44,865 nt of DNA, taken from NCBI GenBank assembly GCA_027081495.1, contig JALWKJ010000155.1, positions 1-44,865 of the forward strand, in the 5' to 3' direction. The notes under the pieces are model-generated. The model worked only from the letters and a program-made list of their open reading frames with translations. It was not told the DNA's origin and ran no database searches. The number at the start of each line of letters is the position of its first letter. The first letter of the stretch is position 1. Positions 21,265 through 32,164 of the stretch are shown here, in pieces. Source of the DNA: Campylobacterales bacterium (GTDB lineage: Bacteria > Campylobacterota > Campylobacteria > Campylobacterales > QNZT01). Both the position numbers and the translations under genes were made by a program.

Positions 21265-21621
21265 TTATAGTGTTATTCCATTTTCTCTGAGTGCTTCCGC
21301 AAATGCCGCAACGGTACCGTGATATCGATTGCCTCTTCTATCAAAAACAACCTTTTGTATACCTTTTTCTTTCAAAGTCGCCGCAAAAGCTTCAGCGACT
21401 TTTACCGCCGCTTCTTTGTTTGAGCCAAGCCCCAGTTTTTTACCGTCAACACTTGCCAGCGTAGTAGAGCTAACATCATCTATCGCCTGAGCGTATAGAT
21501 GTCTGTTTGATTTAAAAAGAGCCAATCTAGGAGTTTCGGGCGTTCCTGAAATCTTTGCGCGAATTCTTTTAATTCTTTTTGCTTTAAGTGCGTTTTTCTG
21601 CTTTAATAATTTAGTTCTCAT
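21265..21621 (-). CDS. rplR: 50S ribosomal protein L18
   Basis: [18 protein letters not shown]...[24 protein letters not shown]. Confidence 0.95.
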   Translation of the reverse strand: MRTKLLKQKNALKAKRIKRIRAKISGTPETPRLALFKSNRHLYAQAIDDVSSTTLASVDGKKLGLGSNKEAAVKVAEAFAATLKEKGIQKVVFDRRGNRYHGTVAAFAEALRENGITL

Positions 21622-21630
21622 TCTCTACCC

Positions 21631-22167
21631 TTACTTCGCTGCTGTCTTACCGGCTTTTCTGACAATAATTTCATCAGCATATTTAACCCCTTTGCCTTTA
21701 TAAGGCTCAGGCGGTCTAAAACCTCTAATTTCCGCCGCTATTTGTCCAATGACTTGCTTATCGTCGCCTTTTATGGTTATCAGGTTTTTTTCAACCGCGA
21801 TAGAAACATCTTTTGAAAATTCATAATTGATCGGATGCGAAAATCCAAGCTGCAGTTCAAGAACATTGCCCTTTACCGCCGCTCTATAACCGACTCCGTT
21901 TATTTCAAGTTTTTTCTCGTAACCTTTAGTCAAACCTATAACTATATTATTCGCCAAAGACCTAAATGTTCCCCAAAAAGCTTTAGACTGTCTATCTTCG
22001 CCTTTTGGAGCAAAAGAGATTTCGCCGTTTTCCACTTTTACATTAACAAGGTCTTTCGTGTCGAGCGCTTTTTCGACATTGCCTTTTTTAAACTTTAAAA
22101 CCGCTCCATCAAGTTTCACATCAATTCCCGATGGAATTATTACCGGCTGCTTACCAATTCTTGACAT
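21631..22167 (-). CDS. rplF: 50S ribosomal protein L6
   Basis: [17 protein letters not shown]...GVGYRA...[11 protein letters not shown]. Confidence 0.96.
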   Translation of the reverse strand: MSRIGKQPVIIPSGIDVKLDGAVLKFKKGNVEKALDTKDLVNVKVENGEISFAPKGEDRQSKAFWGTFRSLANNIVIGLTKGYEKKLEINGVGYRAAVKGNVLELQLGFSHPINYEFSKDVSIAVEKNLITIKGDDKQVIGQIAAEIRGFRPPEPYKGKGVKYADEIIVRKAGKTAAK

Positions 22168-22221
22168 ATTTTTCCTTTTTACTTGTCTACGATTAAATCG
22201 AATGCCGTAAAAACATTGACT

Positions 22222-22617
22222 CTACCATATACTACAGATAACTTCGCCGCCGACATTTTCTTTATGCGCGGCATCGTTACTCAGTACGCCTCTTGAAGTG
22301 CTAACTACGATCGTACCGTAGCCGTTTTTAAATCTTTTTATCTCCGATGCGCCTTTATATACGCGACGACCGGGTTTAGAAATTTTTTTAATTTCGTTTA
22401 TAACGCGATTTCCGTTGTCATCGTATTTAAGTACAACCGAAATAAACTTTTTATTACCGTTTTCTTTCACATTATATGATTCTATGTAGCCTTTTTCCTG
22501 AAAAATCTTTACTACAGACTCTACAAGTTTAGAGTGAAGAAGCTCAGTAACTTCAAGTTTTCTCATCGAAGCATTTCTTATTCTCGTCAATGCGTCTGAT
22601 ACGAGATCGTTTACCAT
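22222..22617 (-). CDS. rpsH: 30S ribosomal protein S8
   Basis: DALTRIRNA...ISKPGRRVY...GGEVICSIW. Confidence 0.96.
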   Translation of the reverse strand: MVNDLVSDALTRIRNASMRKLEVTELLHSKLVESVVKIFQEKGYIESYNVKENGNKKFISVVLKYDDNGNRVINEIKKISKPGRRVYKGASEIKRFKNGYGTIVVSTSRGVLSNDAAHKENVGGEVICSIW

Positions 22618-22626
22618 ATCTTTTCC

Positions 22627-22812
22627 TTACCAGCTTGATTTTTTGATTCCGGGCAATTTGCCTTCGTTTGCCATTTTTCTAAAACAAACTCTACAAATTC
22701 CAAAATCTCTATATACCGAGTGAGGTCTTCCGCAGATTTGACATCTGCTATAGCCTCTCACAGCAAACTTAGGTTTTCTCTTCGCTTTTGCGATCATTGA
22801 TTTCTTTGCCAT
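22627..22812 (-). CDS. rpsN: 30S ribosomal protein S14, zinc-binding type Z
   Basis: 61 aa, C-x2-C ... C-x2-C ([23 protein letters not shown]). Confidence 0.95.
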   Translation of the reverse strand: MAKKSMIAKAKRKPKFAVRGYSRCQICGRPHSVYRDFGICRVCFRKMANEGKLPGIKKSSW

Positions 22813-23363
22813 TATTCACGACCCTTTGCAAATGGAATTCCGATTAATTCTAATAATTTAAATGCCTCTTTATCATCTTCGGTTGTTGTTACGATAGTGA
22901 TATTCATACCATGCGTTTTGATAATATCATCAAACTTCACTTCGGGAAAAACCAATTGTTCGTCAAGCCCGAAACTATAGTTTCCATGTCCGTCAAAACC
23001 GTTTCTCGGCAAACCTCTAAAATCCTTAACGCGAGGAAGCGTAATCGCAATAAGTTTATCTAAAAAAGTGTACATTCGATCACCTCTAAGCGTAACCTTT
23101 ACGCCTATGGGAAACCCTTCTCTTAGCTTAAATCCCGCTATCGATTTTCTAGCTCTAGTAACCACCGCATGCTGACCGGCGATAAGAGAGATGGTGTCTT
23201 GAACATTTTGAAGAATTTTCGAATCCTTCGCCTCTTCGCCGGCGCCTACGCTTATGGAAATCTTTTCGATACCCGGAATGCGCATCGGATTTTTGATATC
23301 AAATTCGCTAACAAGCGACGGTTTTATATCGTTTGCGTATTTTTCTTTTAATCTTACAGTCAT
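22812..23363 (-). CDS. rplE: 50S ribosomal protein L5
   Basis: RLKEKY...[22 protein letters not shown]...PRVKDFRG. Confidence 0.96.
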   Translation of the reverse strand: MTVRLKEKYANDIKPSLVSEFDIKNPMRIPGIEKISISVGAGEEAKDSKILQNVQDTISLIAGQHAVVTRARKSIAGFKLREGFPIGVKVTLRGDRMYTFLDKLIAITLPRVKDFRGLPRNGFDGHGNYSFGLDEQLVFPEVKFDDIIKTHGMNITIVTTTEDDKEAFKLLELIGIPFAKGRE

Positions 23364-23366
23364 TTT

Positions 23367-23600
23367 CTACCCTTCAACTTTTGCCACATTTGAAATATGA
23401 ATAGGCATCTCTTTGTTTTCAAAACCGCCTTTTGGATTTTCTTCGGTAGGCTTAGTCGCTTTTCTCGCGATTTTACAACCGGCTACGATTACCTGTGAAG
23501 TTTTAGGCATAACTTTTAATACTTCCGCAACTTTGCCTTTATCGTCACCGGCGATAATTTTAACGGTATCGCCTTTTTTGATTTTGAATTTTACAGCCAT
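23367..23600 (-). CDS. rplX: 50S ribosomal protein L24
   Basis: 77 aa, KOW motif [18 protein letters not shown]. Confidence 0.94.
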   Translation of the reverse strand: MAVKFKIKKGDTVKIIAGDDKGKVAEVLKVMPKTSQVIVAGCKIARKATKPTEENPKGGFENKEMPIHISNVAKVEG

Positions 23601-23968
23601 TACAACACCTCCGGAGCGAGTGATACTATTTTCATATATCCGGCATATCTCACTTCACGACCTATGGGACCGAAGATTCTAGTGCCGATAGGCTCTTTTT
23701 TCGCATCGAGTATAACCGCCGCATTTTCATCAAATCTGATAAGCGAACCGTTTTCTCTTTGAACCTCTTTTTTTGTTCTAACAACCACCGCTTTTATTAC
23801 CTGACCTTTTTTAACTTTTCCGTTTGGAATAGCTTTTTTGACGGAAGCCACGATAACATCTCCGACACTCGCGTATCTTCTTTTAGAACCGCCGAGCACT
23901 TTAATACACATGATCTCTTTGGCGCCGCTATTGTCCGCAACCGCCAATCTTGTAAATCCCTGTATCAT
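23600..23968 (-). CDS. rplN: 50S ribosomal protein L14
   Basis: [33 protein letters not shown]... Confidence 0.97.
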   Translation of the reverse strand: MIQGFTRLAVADNSGAKEIMCIKVLGGSKRRYASVGDVIVASVKKAIPNGKVKKGQVIKAVVVRTKKEVQRENGSLIRFDENAAVILDAKKEPIGTRIFGPIGREVRYAGYMKIVSLAPEVL

Positions 23969-24216
23969 TATTTCACTCCTGCTGCAACAATCTCTTTTAA
24001 CCTAAAAGATTTTGTTTTTGAAATAGGTCTGCACTCGATTGCAGTAATCGTATCTCCGACATTCGTCTCGTTTCTCTCATCATGAACAAGATATTTTTTA
24101 AATCTTTTTACGATTTTATGATATCTTGGATGAACCACTTTTCTCTCTACCAAAACCGTAGCCGTTTTATCTCCGGCTTTCTTAACTACTGTGCCTTGTA
24201 TCTCTTTTAAAGCCAT
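23968..24216 (-). CDS. rpsQ: 30S ribosomal protein S17
   Basis: [40 protein letters not shown]. Confidence 0.95.
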   Translation of the reverse strand: MALKEIQGTVVKKAGDKTATVLVERKVVHPRYHKIVKRFKKYLVHDERNETNVGDTITAIECRPISKTKSFRLKEIVAAGVK

Positions 24217-24218
24217 CG

Positions 24219-24428
24219 TTATGCCTTAACTTCGCTATTTTTTAGTGAAGATATAGCCGTTTTGATTCTGGCGATATCTTTTCTAATCTCTTTAATCTCG
24301 TTAGGATTACTTAATTGCATAGTTCTAAGCTTCGATTTTACTTTGAACAGCAACAACTTTTTCTCTTTTAACAGCTCGTTCAATGCTTTAGCATCTTTAC
24401 CTTCTAAATCAGTATATTTCATTTTCAT
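24219..24428 (-). CDS. rpmC: 50S ribosomal protein L29
   Basis: L29-like helical hairpin ([38 protein letters not shown]). The real start may be the third codon (MKYTDL, 24422). Overlaps the rplP 3' end. Confidence 0.9.
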   Translation of the reverse strand: MKMKYTDLEGKDAKALNELLKEKKLLLFKVKSKLRTMQLSNPNEIKEIRKDIARIKTAISSLKNSEVKA

Positions 24429-24834
24429 TCTCTCGGGTTACGATTTTTGTTTTAAAAGGCAGTTTGTGTTTTGCAAGGGTCAGCGCTTCTCTTGCCAACT
24501 CTTCCTTGACACCCGCCATTTCAAATATGATTCTTCCTGGCTTGATATTCATTACCCATCTGTCAACGGCGCCTTTACCTTTACCCATTCTTGTCTCAAG
24601 CGGTTTTGCGGTTAAAGGCTTATCGGGAAAAACACGAATCCAAGACTTCGCTTCTCTTTTTACATGTCTTGTCATCGCGATCCTCGCGGCCTCGATTTGA
24701 CGAGAATCAATTCTTCCGCCTTCGGTCGCTTTAAGCGCTATCTCGCCAAAAGCTATGGAATTGCCTCTGTAAGACTTACCTCTATTTCTGCCTTTTTGCT
24801 GTTTTCTATATTTTGTTCTTTTTGGCATAAGCAT
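24409..24834 (-). CDS. rplP: 50S ribosomal protein L16
   Basis: [19 protein letters not shown]...[13 protein letters not shown]. Confidence 0.97.
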   Translation of the reverse strand: MLMPKRTKYRKQQKGRNRGKSYRGNSIAFGEIALKATEGGRIDSRQIEAARIAMTRHVKREAKSWIRVFPDKPLTAKPLETRMGKGKGAVDRWVMNIKPGRIIFEMAGVKEELAREALTLAKHKLPFKTKIVTRENENEIY

Positions 24835-24836
24835 AG

Positions 24837-25520
24837 CTATTCACCTCTTCTTTTTCTTACTCTCGGGTTTTTAGGCTCGGGAGCTATACCTTTAGCAAGC
24901 ACTTCGCCTTTAAAAATCCAAACTTTCACACCAATAATCCCGTATGTCGTCTGCGCTTCCGCAAAACCGTAATCAATTCTGGCTCTTAGCGTATGAAGAG
25001 GAACTCTTCCTTCAAGATACCACTCGGTTCTAGCCATTTCCGCGCCGCCGAGACGACCCGCTACTTGAACCTTGATTCCTTTTGCTCCGCTTTTCATAGC
25101 CCCTTGAATTACTTTTTTCATAGCTCTTCTAAACGCGACGCGGCGCTCAAGCTGCGTAGCGATATTTTCTGCCGCAAGTTGTGCTGAAATTTGAGGTTTT
25201 CTTTCCTCTTTGATATTTACATTAACGCTTTTTCCGATAAGTTTGTTTAACTTCTCTCTCAGTTTTTCGATATCCGCGCCTTTTTTACCGATAATGATAC
25301 CGGGTCTTGCGGCTACGATAGTAACGCGAAGTTTTTTCGCGGTTCTTTCTATGATTATCTGGCTAACACCCGCATAATACAACTCTTTTTTGATAAAAGT
25401 TCTGATTTTATGGTCTTCGCCGACATTAGCAACAGCAGTCTCAGAAGATGGATACCATCTTGAATCCCAGTTTCTGTTCAGCCCAAGTCTTAGACCAATA
25501 GGATTAACTTTTTGACCCAT
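24837..25520 (-). CDS. rpsC: 30S ribosomal protein S3
   Basis: [25 protein letters not shown] domain, [26 protein letters not shown]. Confidence 0.97.
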   Translation of the reverse strand: MGQKVNPIGLRLGLNRNWDSRWYPSSETAVANVGEDHKIRTFIKKELYYAGVSQIIIERTAKKLRVTIVAARPGIIIGKKGADIEKLREKLNKLIGKSVNVNIKEERKPQISAQLAAENIATQLERRVAFRRAMKKVIQGAMKSGAKGIKVQVAGRLGGAEMARTEWYLEGRVPLHTLRARIDYGFAEAQTTYGIIGVKVWIFKGEVLAKGIAPEPKNPRVRKRRGE

Positions 25521-25522
25521 CT

Positions 25523-26179
25523 TTAAGACTCCTTCTTATTTTTATTTATAAGCTCGTTAGCTTCTTTTTGCCAGGTATCTTCGATTTTACCCTTAATACC
25601 GATTTTCGCGTCAAGCTCGGCAATCTCTTCTTTTGACATTTGCGCAATCTGTTCGATAGAGGTAATACCCTCGGCATTGAGTTTTTTCTCCATTGCGGGA
25701 CCGACGCCGGAAAGAAGTTTAAGATCATTTAAATCCGTCTCTTTTTTAACCGTGCTTTTTTTCGAAACCTCTTTCTCTTTGGGCTGATCTTTTTTTGAAG
25801 CCTCTTTTTCGTTTAGATCTTTTTTTTCTTTCTTAACCGGCGGTGTCGAAGCCTTAGTCTCGGATACCGTCGCAACCTCTACATATATATGAGAGGTGGG
25901 TTTAAGAATTCTTGAGGCCGAACCTCTGGCTCTGGGCTTGAATCTTCTTAAAACCGGACCTTTGTCAACTCTACAAGATACTATACTAACTTCTTCAGGC
26001 TCGTAATCGCCGTTTGCGACTGCGGACGCGATCACTTTGGAAATAATCCCCGCGGCTTTATTGGGCATAAATTCCAAAGACGCCAATGCGAGTTCCGCGT
26101 TCATTCCCTGAACTTCTTGCGCTATCAATCTCGCTTTTGTAGGAGAGAGTCTGATAAACTTCAATGTTGCTTTACTCAT
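25523..26179 (-). CDS. rplV: 50S ribosomal protein L22 with a ~115-aa C-terminal Lys-rich linker plus a helix-hairpin-helix-like extension
   Basis: Residues 1-103 are a normal L22 ([16 protein letters not shown]...[25 protein letters not shown]). Residues ~104-218 are a KE-rich linker followed by [53 protein letters not shown]. Confidence 0.93.
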   Translation of the reverse strand: MSKATLKFIRLSPTKARLIAQEVQGMNAELALASLEFMPNKAAGIISKVIASAVANGDYEPEEVSIVSCRVDKGPVLRRFKPRARGSASRILKPTSHIYVEVATVSETKASTPPVKKEKKDLNEKEASKKDQPKEKEVSKKSTVKKETDLNDLKLLSGVGPAMEKKLNAEGITSIEQIAQMSKEEIAELDAKIGIKGKIEDTWQKEANELINKNKKES

Positions 26180-26189
26180 TCTCTTCCCC

Positions 26190-26468
26190 TTAACCTATTT
26201 TCTTCTGAACAGAGCCTTTATGACCCTTAAATGTTCTTGTAGGCGCAAACTCACCCAGTTTATACCCGACATGATTTTCGGTAATATATACCGGTATAAA
26301 ATTTCTTCCGTTATGCACGGTAAAAGTCAAGCCGATCATATCAGGAAGAATAACACTTCTTCTAGACCATGTTTTGATAGGTTTTTTATCGCCGGTCTCT
26401 TGCGCTTTAATCACTTTTTTCATAAGGTGAGCATCAACAAATGGACCTTTTTTTAAACTTCTAGCCAT
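26190..26468 (-). CDS. rpsS: 30S ribosomal protein S19
   Basis: [12 protein letters not shown]...[32 protein letters not shown]. Confidence 0.97.
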   Translation of the reverse strand: MARSLKKGPFVDAHLMKKVIKAQETGDKKPIKTWSRRSVILPDMIGLTFTVHNGRNFIPVYITENHVGYKLGEFAPTRTFKGHKGSVQKKIG

Positions 26469-27299
26469 CTATCTTCCTTTTTTTCTAGAAATAATAAGTT
26501 TATCGCTAGCTTTTTTTCTTCTGGTTTTGTAACCTTTAGTCGGCATACCCCATGGACTTACGGGGTGTCTGCTAGCGTTTGTTTTACCTTCGCCGCCGCC
26601 GTGAGGGTGATCGATCGGGTTCATCGCCGAACCTCTAGTTTGAGGTCTGATTCCTCGGTGTCTATTTCTACCGGCCTTGCCTATAACGACATTCGACCAA
26701 TCTTCATTTCCAACCGTTCCGACCGTAGCCATGCATTCTGAAAGAATTTGTCTCATCTCACCGCTTGGAAGTCTGAGGATTACATATTTCTCCTCTTTAC
26801 CCATAAGTTGAGCATATCCGCCGGCGCTTCTTGCGATCTGTCCGCCTTTACCGGGTTTCATCTCGATATTGTGAATAATAGTACCGATCGGGATATTTTT
26901 CATCTTCATCGCATTTCCCGCTTTTATATCCAAACCGCTTTCGGCGGCTTCTATTTTATCGCCCACTTTCAAACCCGAAGGCTGGATGATATATCTCTTT
27001 TCTCCGTCCGCGTATGTTACAAGAGCGATTCTACAATTTCTATAAGGGTCGTATTCGATCGATGAAACGGTCGCGGGAATTCCCCATTTTCTTCTTTTAA
27101 AATCTATAATTCTGTATTTCTTTTTTGCTCCGGCTTCTCTGTGACGCGAAGTAATTCTACCGTTTGAATTTCTCCCCGCGCTTCTTGAAAGAGTTTTAAG
27201 GAGTCCGGCTACGCTCGGTTTTGCCGTTATATCGCTTGAATCCAATCCTGTCATATAACGGCGGCTGGGCGTATATGGTCTATATGATTTTATCGCCAT
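26469..27299 (-). CDS. rplB: 50S ribosomal protein L2
   Basis: [14 protein letters not shown]...[17 protein letters not shown]. Confidence 0.97.
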   Translation of the reverse strand: MAIKSYRPYTPSRRYMTGLDSSDITAKPSVAGLLKTLSRSAGRNSNGRITSRHREAGAKKKYRIIDFKRRKWGIPATVSSIEYDPYRNCRIALVTYADGEKRYIIQPSGLKVGDKIEAAESGLDIKAGNAMKMKNIPIGTIIHNIEMKPGKGGQIARSAGGYAQLMGKEEKYVILRLPSGEMRQILSECMATVGTVGNEDWSNVVIGKAGRNRHRGIRPQTRGSAMNPIDHPHGGGEGKTNASRHPVSPWGMPTKGYKTRRKKASDKLIISRKKGR

Positions 27300-27300
27300 C

Positions 27301-27582
27301 TTATACCTCCAAACTTTCTATTTTCGCGCCTTCGGGCAATTTTACATAGAATTTTTTATAATCTTCTCTTTTACCCTCTACGCCTCTAAACTTTTTCACT
27401 TTTCCGCTCATTCTCATCGAGTTGACTCTCAAAGGAACAAATCCGAAATATTCTCTTAAAACTTCTTTCAAGCCGTTTTTAGTCATTCTCGGACTTGTCT
27501 GTATAACTACGACGCCGTCTTCTTGAAGACCTAAGCTTTTTTCAGTGTATAAAATTGTTTTAATATCCGTAATATCTGCCAT
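27301..27582 (-). CDS. rplW: 50S ribosomal protein L23
   Basis: 93 aa, position between rplD and rplB, L23-like core ([24 protein letters not shown]). Confidence 0.92.
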   Translation of the reverse strand: MADITDIKTILYTEKSLGLQEDGVVVIQTSPRMTKNGLKEVLREYFGFVPLRVNSMRMSGKVKKFRGVEGKREDYKKFYVKLPEGAKIESLEV

Positions 27583-27583
27583 C

Positions 27584-28198
27584 TTAGCCCTCTTTTGTTA
27601 ATTGATCATATACGCTTTTTTCGATTACGATTGAATCAAAAGCCGCCACTGTAAAAGCATTTACTTCATTTGGCTCTACAAGATACGCGTTTGAAAGATT
27701 TCTAAAAGCGTAAAAACTTTTTTCATCTATAAGGTCTTTGACTATCAATGCGTCTCTAACGGCCAAATTTTTAACGATTGTCGCGGCATCTTTCGTTTTG
27801 CCTGATTCAACAGCTATATTTTCAACAATAAACAATTTCCCGTTTTTCGCTTTTTCGGCTATCGCGCACTCAAGAGCGGCTCTTTTTTGTTTCTTGTTTA
27901 TTTTTTGATTATAGTTTCTGTTGTTTTTTGGACCATGAGCGACTCCACCGCCTACCCATATAGGACTTCTTGTTGAACCGGCTCTTGCTCGTCCGCCTCC
28001 TTTTTGGGCATAAGGTTTTTTACCGCCGCCTCTTACCTCTGATCTTGTTTTTGTTTTTGCGCTGTTGGCTCTAAGAGCCGCCTGATAAGATTTTACATAC
28101 AAGTATAAATTGTGAGGATTCACTTCAAAAAACGAAGCGGGCAATTCCGCCTCGCCGCTTTTTTTAAGGTTGTTATCCAATACTATAGCTTTACTCAT
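27584..28198 (-). CDS. rplD: 50S ribosomal protein L4
   Basis: [41 protein letters not shown]. Confidence 0.96.
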   Translation of the reverse strand: MSKAIVLDNNLKKSGEAELPASFFEVNPHNLYLYVKSYQAALRANSAKTKTRSEVRGGGKKPYAQKGGGRARAGSTRSPIWVGGGVAHGPKNNRNYNQKINKKQKRAALECAIAEKAKNGKLFIVENIAVESGKTKDAATIVKNLAVRDALIVKDLIDEKSFYAFRNLSNAYLVEPNEVNAFTVAAFDSIVIEKSVYDQLTKEG

Positions 28199-28776
28199 TT
28201 TACTATCCTTATCTTACCTAACGCTCCATTGGCTCCGGGAATCGCGCCTTTTAACGCAAGCACGCCGGTTTCGCCGTCAAATGAAACGATTTCGTTTTTA
28301 ACCGTTACTTTTACATTTCCATACTGTCCGGGCATCTTTTGACCGGGCTGAACACGACCGGGCCACTCTGCGTTTCCGATAGATCCTACTCGTCTATGAA
28401 ACCTTGATCCATGCGCTCCGGGACCTCCGGCAAAGCCGTGTCTTTTAATCGCGCCGCTAAAACCTCTACCTTTGGTGTTAAAAGTCGATTTTACCGTTTT
28501 AGCCTCTTTCAAAGGCGCCGTATCGAGATCTCCGATCTCTTCGTTTGAAACACAAAGCGTTATAAACTTGTTGTATTCCGGGGTCAGGTTATATTTTTTT
28601 TGCTGACCTTTTATAGCTTTATTGCTTTTCTTGCCGCCGCTATAAGCCACAACCGCTTTTTTATTCTCACCGACTTCACACACTTTAGCATCTACTATCT
28701 TTACTAGCGTGACGGGAACCGACGGAACCGCAACCGTTCTTGACATTCCGATTTTTTCTACTATATATTCCATCAT
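28195..28776 (-). CDS. rplC: 50S ribosomal protein L3
   Basis: EKIGMSRT...[22 protein letters not shown]. The start may be the second Met (28773). Confidence 0.96.
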   Translation of the reverse strand: MMEYIVEKIGMSRTVAVPSVPVTLVKIVDAKVCEVGENKKAVVAYSGGKKSNKAIKGQQKKYNLTPEYNKFITLCVSNEEIGDLDTAPLKEAKTVKSTFNTKGRGFSGAIKRHGFAGGPGAHGSRFHRRVGSIGNAEWPGRVQPGQKMPGQYGNVKVTVKNEIVSFDGETGVLALKGAIPGANGALGKIRIVK

Positions 28777-28782
28777 CTATCC

Positions 28783-29094
28783 TTATTTCATCGCTCGAAC
28801 TTCAACATTTACCTCTGGCGCGAGGTCAAGTTTCATTAGCGAATCAACCGTATCCGTTGTTGCCGACACGATATCTATAAGTCGTGCATGCATTCGCATT
28901 TCAAATTGTTCGCGTGAATCTTTGTTTACATGAGGAGATCTAAGTACCGTGTACTTTTTAATCTTTGTAGGTAGAGGAATAGGACCTCTAATTTCCGCAC
29001 CTGTTCTCTTGACGGCATCAACTATAGCCGCAACAGACCTGTCTAAAACTCTGTGATCATAAGCCTTAAGCTTAAGTCTAATTTTTTCCATCAA
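28783..29094 (-). CDS. rpsJ: 30S ribosomal protein S10
   Basis: [15 protein letters not shown]...[10 protein letters not shown]...[28 protein letters not shown]. Confidence 0.97.
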   Translation of the reverse strand: MMEKIRLKLKAYDHRVLDRSVAAIVDAVKRTGAEIRGPIPLPTKIKKYTVLRSPHVNKDSREQFEMRMHARLIDIVSATTDTVDSLMKLDLAPEVNVEVRAMK

Positions 29095-29146
29095 TTTCCC
29101 TTAAAAGAACTTGTCAAACTATAATCTGACACAAATTTGAACCCGG

Positions 29147-29175
29147 AGTATACAACATTAAGTATTGAAAGTCAA
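29147..29175 (-). promoter_or_regulatory. Sigma-70-type promoter of the S10 operon
   Basis: The minus strand reads TTGACT - 17 nt - TATACT, ending about 52 nt upstream of the rpsJ ATG. Confidence 0.55.
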
Positions 29176-29297
29176 TAATTTTCGGGCTTTTTTACGAAAC
29201 AATTTTAAATTTGTTTCCTTTATGCAAGGAAACAAATAAATGTAAAGTGAAATAGATTAAATATAATAACTCTCTTTTCTTAAGAAGTATTTCATGA

Positions 29298-29849
29298 TTA
29301 CGGGTGAGGTATTTTTACTTTCGAGTTCAAAAGATAAGCAATCAAAACAACTAAAAGTAGTATAAAATAGATATTTGAAACTATTTCATAACTATAAAGC
29401 AGATATAAAACCCACAGAAGTATAGCTCCAAGCGGGGTTGGAATCCCTTCAAAATACTTAGCGACACTGCCCGCTTCACTTTTGAGATTAAATTCGATTA
29501 ATCGTCTCAATCCGCTTATAATGTAAAAAATAAAAACGACTCCCCCAAGCAACAATTCAAATTCATTACTCTTCTTTAATGCATAAAAGAGTAAAAAAGC
29601 CGGCATCAATACGAAAGAGACAAAATCGGCGAACGAGTCAAGCTGCACGCCGAATTCACAGGAGAGATTAAAACGCCTTGCTATCTTGCCGTCGGCGATG
29701 TCTAAAGCGCCGGCGATCCAAGCTAAAATAATAGCCGCCGTAAAATTATTCTTTTGGATAAAGTAGATAGCGATAACGCCCAAAGAGATATTGGCAAATG
29801 TAACGATATTTGCTAAATTAAATCTATTGTCTTTATCATATAAATTCAT
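29298..29849 (-). CDS. pssA: CDP-alcohol phosphatidyltransferase, phosphatidylserine-synthase-like
   Basis: Has D-x2-DG-x2-AR-x8-G-x3-D-x3-D (DIADGKIARRFNLSCEFGVQLDSFADFVSF) with the PssA-type LDSxAD..SF context. 183 aa and multi-TM, which is short for PssA. Confidence 0.7.
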   Translation of the reverse strand: MNLYDKDNRFNLANIVTFANISLGVIAIYFIQKNNFTAAIILAWIAGALDIADGKIARRFNLSCEFGVQLDSFADFVSFVLMPAFLLFYALKKSNEFELLLGGVVFIFYIISGLRRLIEFNLKSEAGSVAKYFEGIPTPLGAILLWVLYLLYSYEIVSNIYFILLLVVLIAYLLNSKVKIPHP

Positions 29850-29943
29850 GTAAAAACCTTTATCGATATCTTAGTGATATTATATCCAAGTCGATGTTTT
29901 AATTTGCTATACTTTTAGCGTTATTTTAACACTAAGGAAAACA

Positions 29944-30234
29944 ATGGCGCAAACTAAAAAAGTGGTATTCGTAGCCAAAGAGGGCTGTATAGAGGATTTA
30001 AAACGGCTTTTAACCGATATGGTCAAGCCTTCGAGAGCCGAAAAGGGATCTCTTTTGTATCATATATATCAGATGAAAGAAAAACCCGATACTTTCGTGG
30101 TTATTGAAACTTGGGAAAACGAAGAGGCGCTTGAGGGGCATAGAAATTCGAGTCACTACAAATATTATAAAAGTCATTTTGAACAATTTACGGCTGAAAA
30201 ATACTCGGACGAACTAATTGAGCTGGGAGAATAA
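29944..30234 (+). CDS. Antibiotic-biosynthesis-monooxygenase (ABM/YgiN-like) domain protein
   Basis: 96 aa ferredoxin-like fold signature: FVVIETWENEEALEGHRNSSHYKYY. Confidence 0.7.
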   Translation: MAQTKKVVFVAKEGCIEDLKRLLTDMVKPSRAEKGSLLYHIYQMKEKPDTFVVIETWENEEALEGHRNSSHYKYYKSHFEQFTAEKYSDELIELGE

Positions 30235-30242
30235 TCCCCGGC

Positions 30243-30950
30243 TCACAGCTCATCGGCTATCGCGATCATTTGACAAAAAGTGTCGATATCCCAGCTTGCG
30301 GTTCCCACAAGAACACCGTCACACTCTCGTATCTGCAAAATCTCTCTCGTGTTTGCGACTTTGACGCTTCCACCGTACAACAGAGGAGCTTTTATCTTTT
30401 CTCTAAGCTTTGTCAAAGTCTCGTCAATCTGCTCTATCGAAGCGCTAAGCCCCGTTCCGATCGCCCATACCGGCTCATAGGCGATAATTAACTTTTCATA
30501 AGTCAAGTCTATCCCCTCAAGCTGAGCTTCGCAATATTTCATAACGGACTTTATACCCTCTTGTCTTACCTCTTGCGGTTCTCCTATACAATAAACTATT
30601 TCAAATCCGTTTTGCTTAAAAAAATCAAATTTTTTAGAGCAAAGTTCCTGAGATTCTTTGAAGATATGGCGTCTTTCACTATGACCTACAAGAGTGGTTT
30701 TTAAATTAAACTCCTCTATCTGCTCCAAACCTATTTCACCCGTAAAAGAGCCGTTTAAAACAGGATATGCGTTTTGCGCGCCGACGATGATTTCACTTGA
30801 GAACTCAAACGAATCAAGCGCGCTGGAAGGAGGAAAAACCATGACTTTTTGTTTGCTGCCGCTTTCATTCATAAAATTATCGAGTTTTTTTAGATACTCT
30901 TTTGTGCCGGCTCTCGTATTGTTTGTTTTAAAATTTGAAGCTATTATCAT
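30243..30950 (-). CDS. tpiA: Triose-phosphate isomerase
   Basis: [26 protein letters not shown] and YGGSV motifs. Confidence 0.93.
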   Translation of the reverse strand: MIIASNFKTNNTRAGTKEYLKKLDNFMNESGSKQKVMVFPPSSALDSFEFSSEIIVGAQNAYPVLNGSFTGEIGLEQIEEFNLKTTLVGHSERRHIFKESQELCSKKFDFFKQNGFEIVYCIGEPQEVRQEGIKSVMKYCEAQLEGIDLTYEKLIIAYEPVWAIGTGLSASIEQIDETLTKLREKIKAPLLYGGSVKVANTREILQIRECDGVLVGTASWDIDTFCQMIAIADEL

Positions 30951-32155
30951 GACATATTAGCCTTTCTAACCGCTTCGATACCGGGAAGCATTTTTCCCTC
31001 CAAAAGCTCCAGACTCGCGCCGCCGCCCGTGGAGATAAAAGTCATCTCGTCGATATCTCCGGCTCTTTGCACAACATCCGCCGTATCTCCTCCTCCGACA
31101 ATCGTCGTCGCATGCGATTCGGCTATATAATGACTCATCATCAAAGATCCTTTGGAATATTTATCCATCTCATAAACACCCATTGGACCGTTCCATAAAA
31201 TCGTCTGCGCGTCATTGAGAGCTTCTCTAAAAAGTCTGTTTGTAGCAGGTCCCACATCAAGTCCCATCCACCCTTTGGGCACCTCTTGAATCGGTAGATA
31301 TTTCACCGGAGCGCTCTCGTTAAGCTCGGGAGAAACAACCAAATCAACCGGTAAATACAACTTCACGCCCCGACCCATCGCGCGGTATATAATTTTTTTA
31401 GCGTCTTCGATCAAATGATCCTCAACCAATGAATTTCCGACCTCGTAACCTTGCGCTTTTAAAAAAGTAAACGCCATCCCTCCGCCGATAATGAGCTTGT
31501 CTATCTTATCGATCAAATTCACGAGAGCTTGAAGCTTGCCGGAAACCTTACTTCCGCCTACAACGGCTACAAACGGTCGTATGGGAGTCATAACGGATTT
31601 ATAGAAAAAGTTAACCTCTTTTTGCATCAAAAAACCGGCGGCTTTGTGATCCTTGTCAAAAAGCGCCGGAAGGGCGAAAATGGAAGCGTGTTTTCTGTGA
31701 CTGGCGCCAAACGCGTCGTTTACATAAAAATCCGCCATAGAAGCAAGCCGCTTGGCAAACTCTTCGTCGTTTGCGGTTTCGCCGGGATTATATCTGAGAT
31801 TTTCAAGCAATAACACATTGCCTGATTCAAGACTTTGCGCCGACTCTATCGTATCGTCGCCGACAACATTTTCCGCCATTAAAACATCTTGCTTTAAAAG
31901 AGTTTTCAATCTTTTGGCGACGGGCTTTAGGGAATCTTTCTCTTCATTCCACTCTCCCGGTTTTGGACGACCGTAGTGACTTGCGAGTATGATTTTACAA
32001 TCTCTGTCTATACAATAGCGAATCGTCGGTAAAGCGGATCTGATTCTCCTATCGTCGCTTATATTTCCAAATTCGTCTTTTGGCACATTGAAATCGCACC
32101 TGATAAGTACTCTTTTGCCTTCTAAATCAAGCTCTTTTATAGATAAAAGTTCCAT
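30947..32155 (-). CDS. pgk: Phosphoglycerate kinase
   Basis: [27 protein letters not shown] and [14 protein letters not shown] motifs. ATGA overlap with tpiA. Confidence 0.96.
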   Translation of the reverse strand: MELLSIKELDLEGKRVLIRCDFNVPKDEFGNISDDRRIRSALPTIRYCIDRDCKIILASHYGRPKPGEWNEEKDSLKPVAKRLKTLLKQDVLMAENVVGDDTIESAQSLESGNVLLLENLRYNPGETANDEEFAKRLASMADFYVNDAFGASHRKHASIFALPALFDKDHKAAGFLMQKEVNFFYKSVMTPIRPFVAVVGGSKVSGKLQALVNLIDKIDKLIIGGGMAFTFLKAQGYEVGNSLVEDHLIEDAKKIIYRAMGRGVKLYLPVDLVVSPELNESAPVKYLPIQEVPKGWMGLDVGPATNRLFREALNDAQTILWNGPMGVYEMDKYSKGSLMMSHYIAESHATTIVGGGDTADVVQRAGDIDEMTFISTGGGASLELLEGKMLPGIEAVRKANMS

Positions 32156-32164
32156 TGCCTTCCT

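Noticed and set aside
23413-24615. Multiple 80-120-aa plus-strand ORFs antisense to ribosomal protein genes (for example 23413-23682, 23759-24085, 24262-24615)
   Set aside because: They are antisense shadows of highly conserved minus-strand genes, with Ser/Phe/Leu-rich nonsense translations.
25546-25728. 60-aa same-strand alternative-frame ORF inside the rplV extension
   Set aside because: It is nested in the L22 reading frame with no independent start signals. The L22 frame gives a coherent HhH-like domain.
30229-30262. GAGCTG/CAGCTC 6-bp inverted repeat spanning the convergent ABM and tpiA stops, as a bidirectional terminator
   Set aside because: The stem is too short and lies largely inside coding sequence, with no U-tracts.
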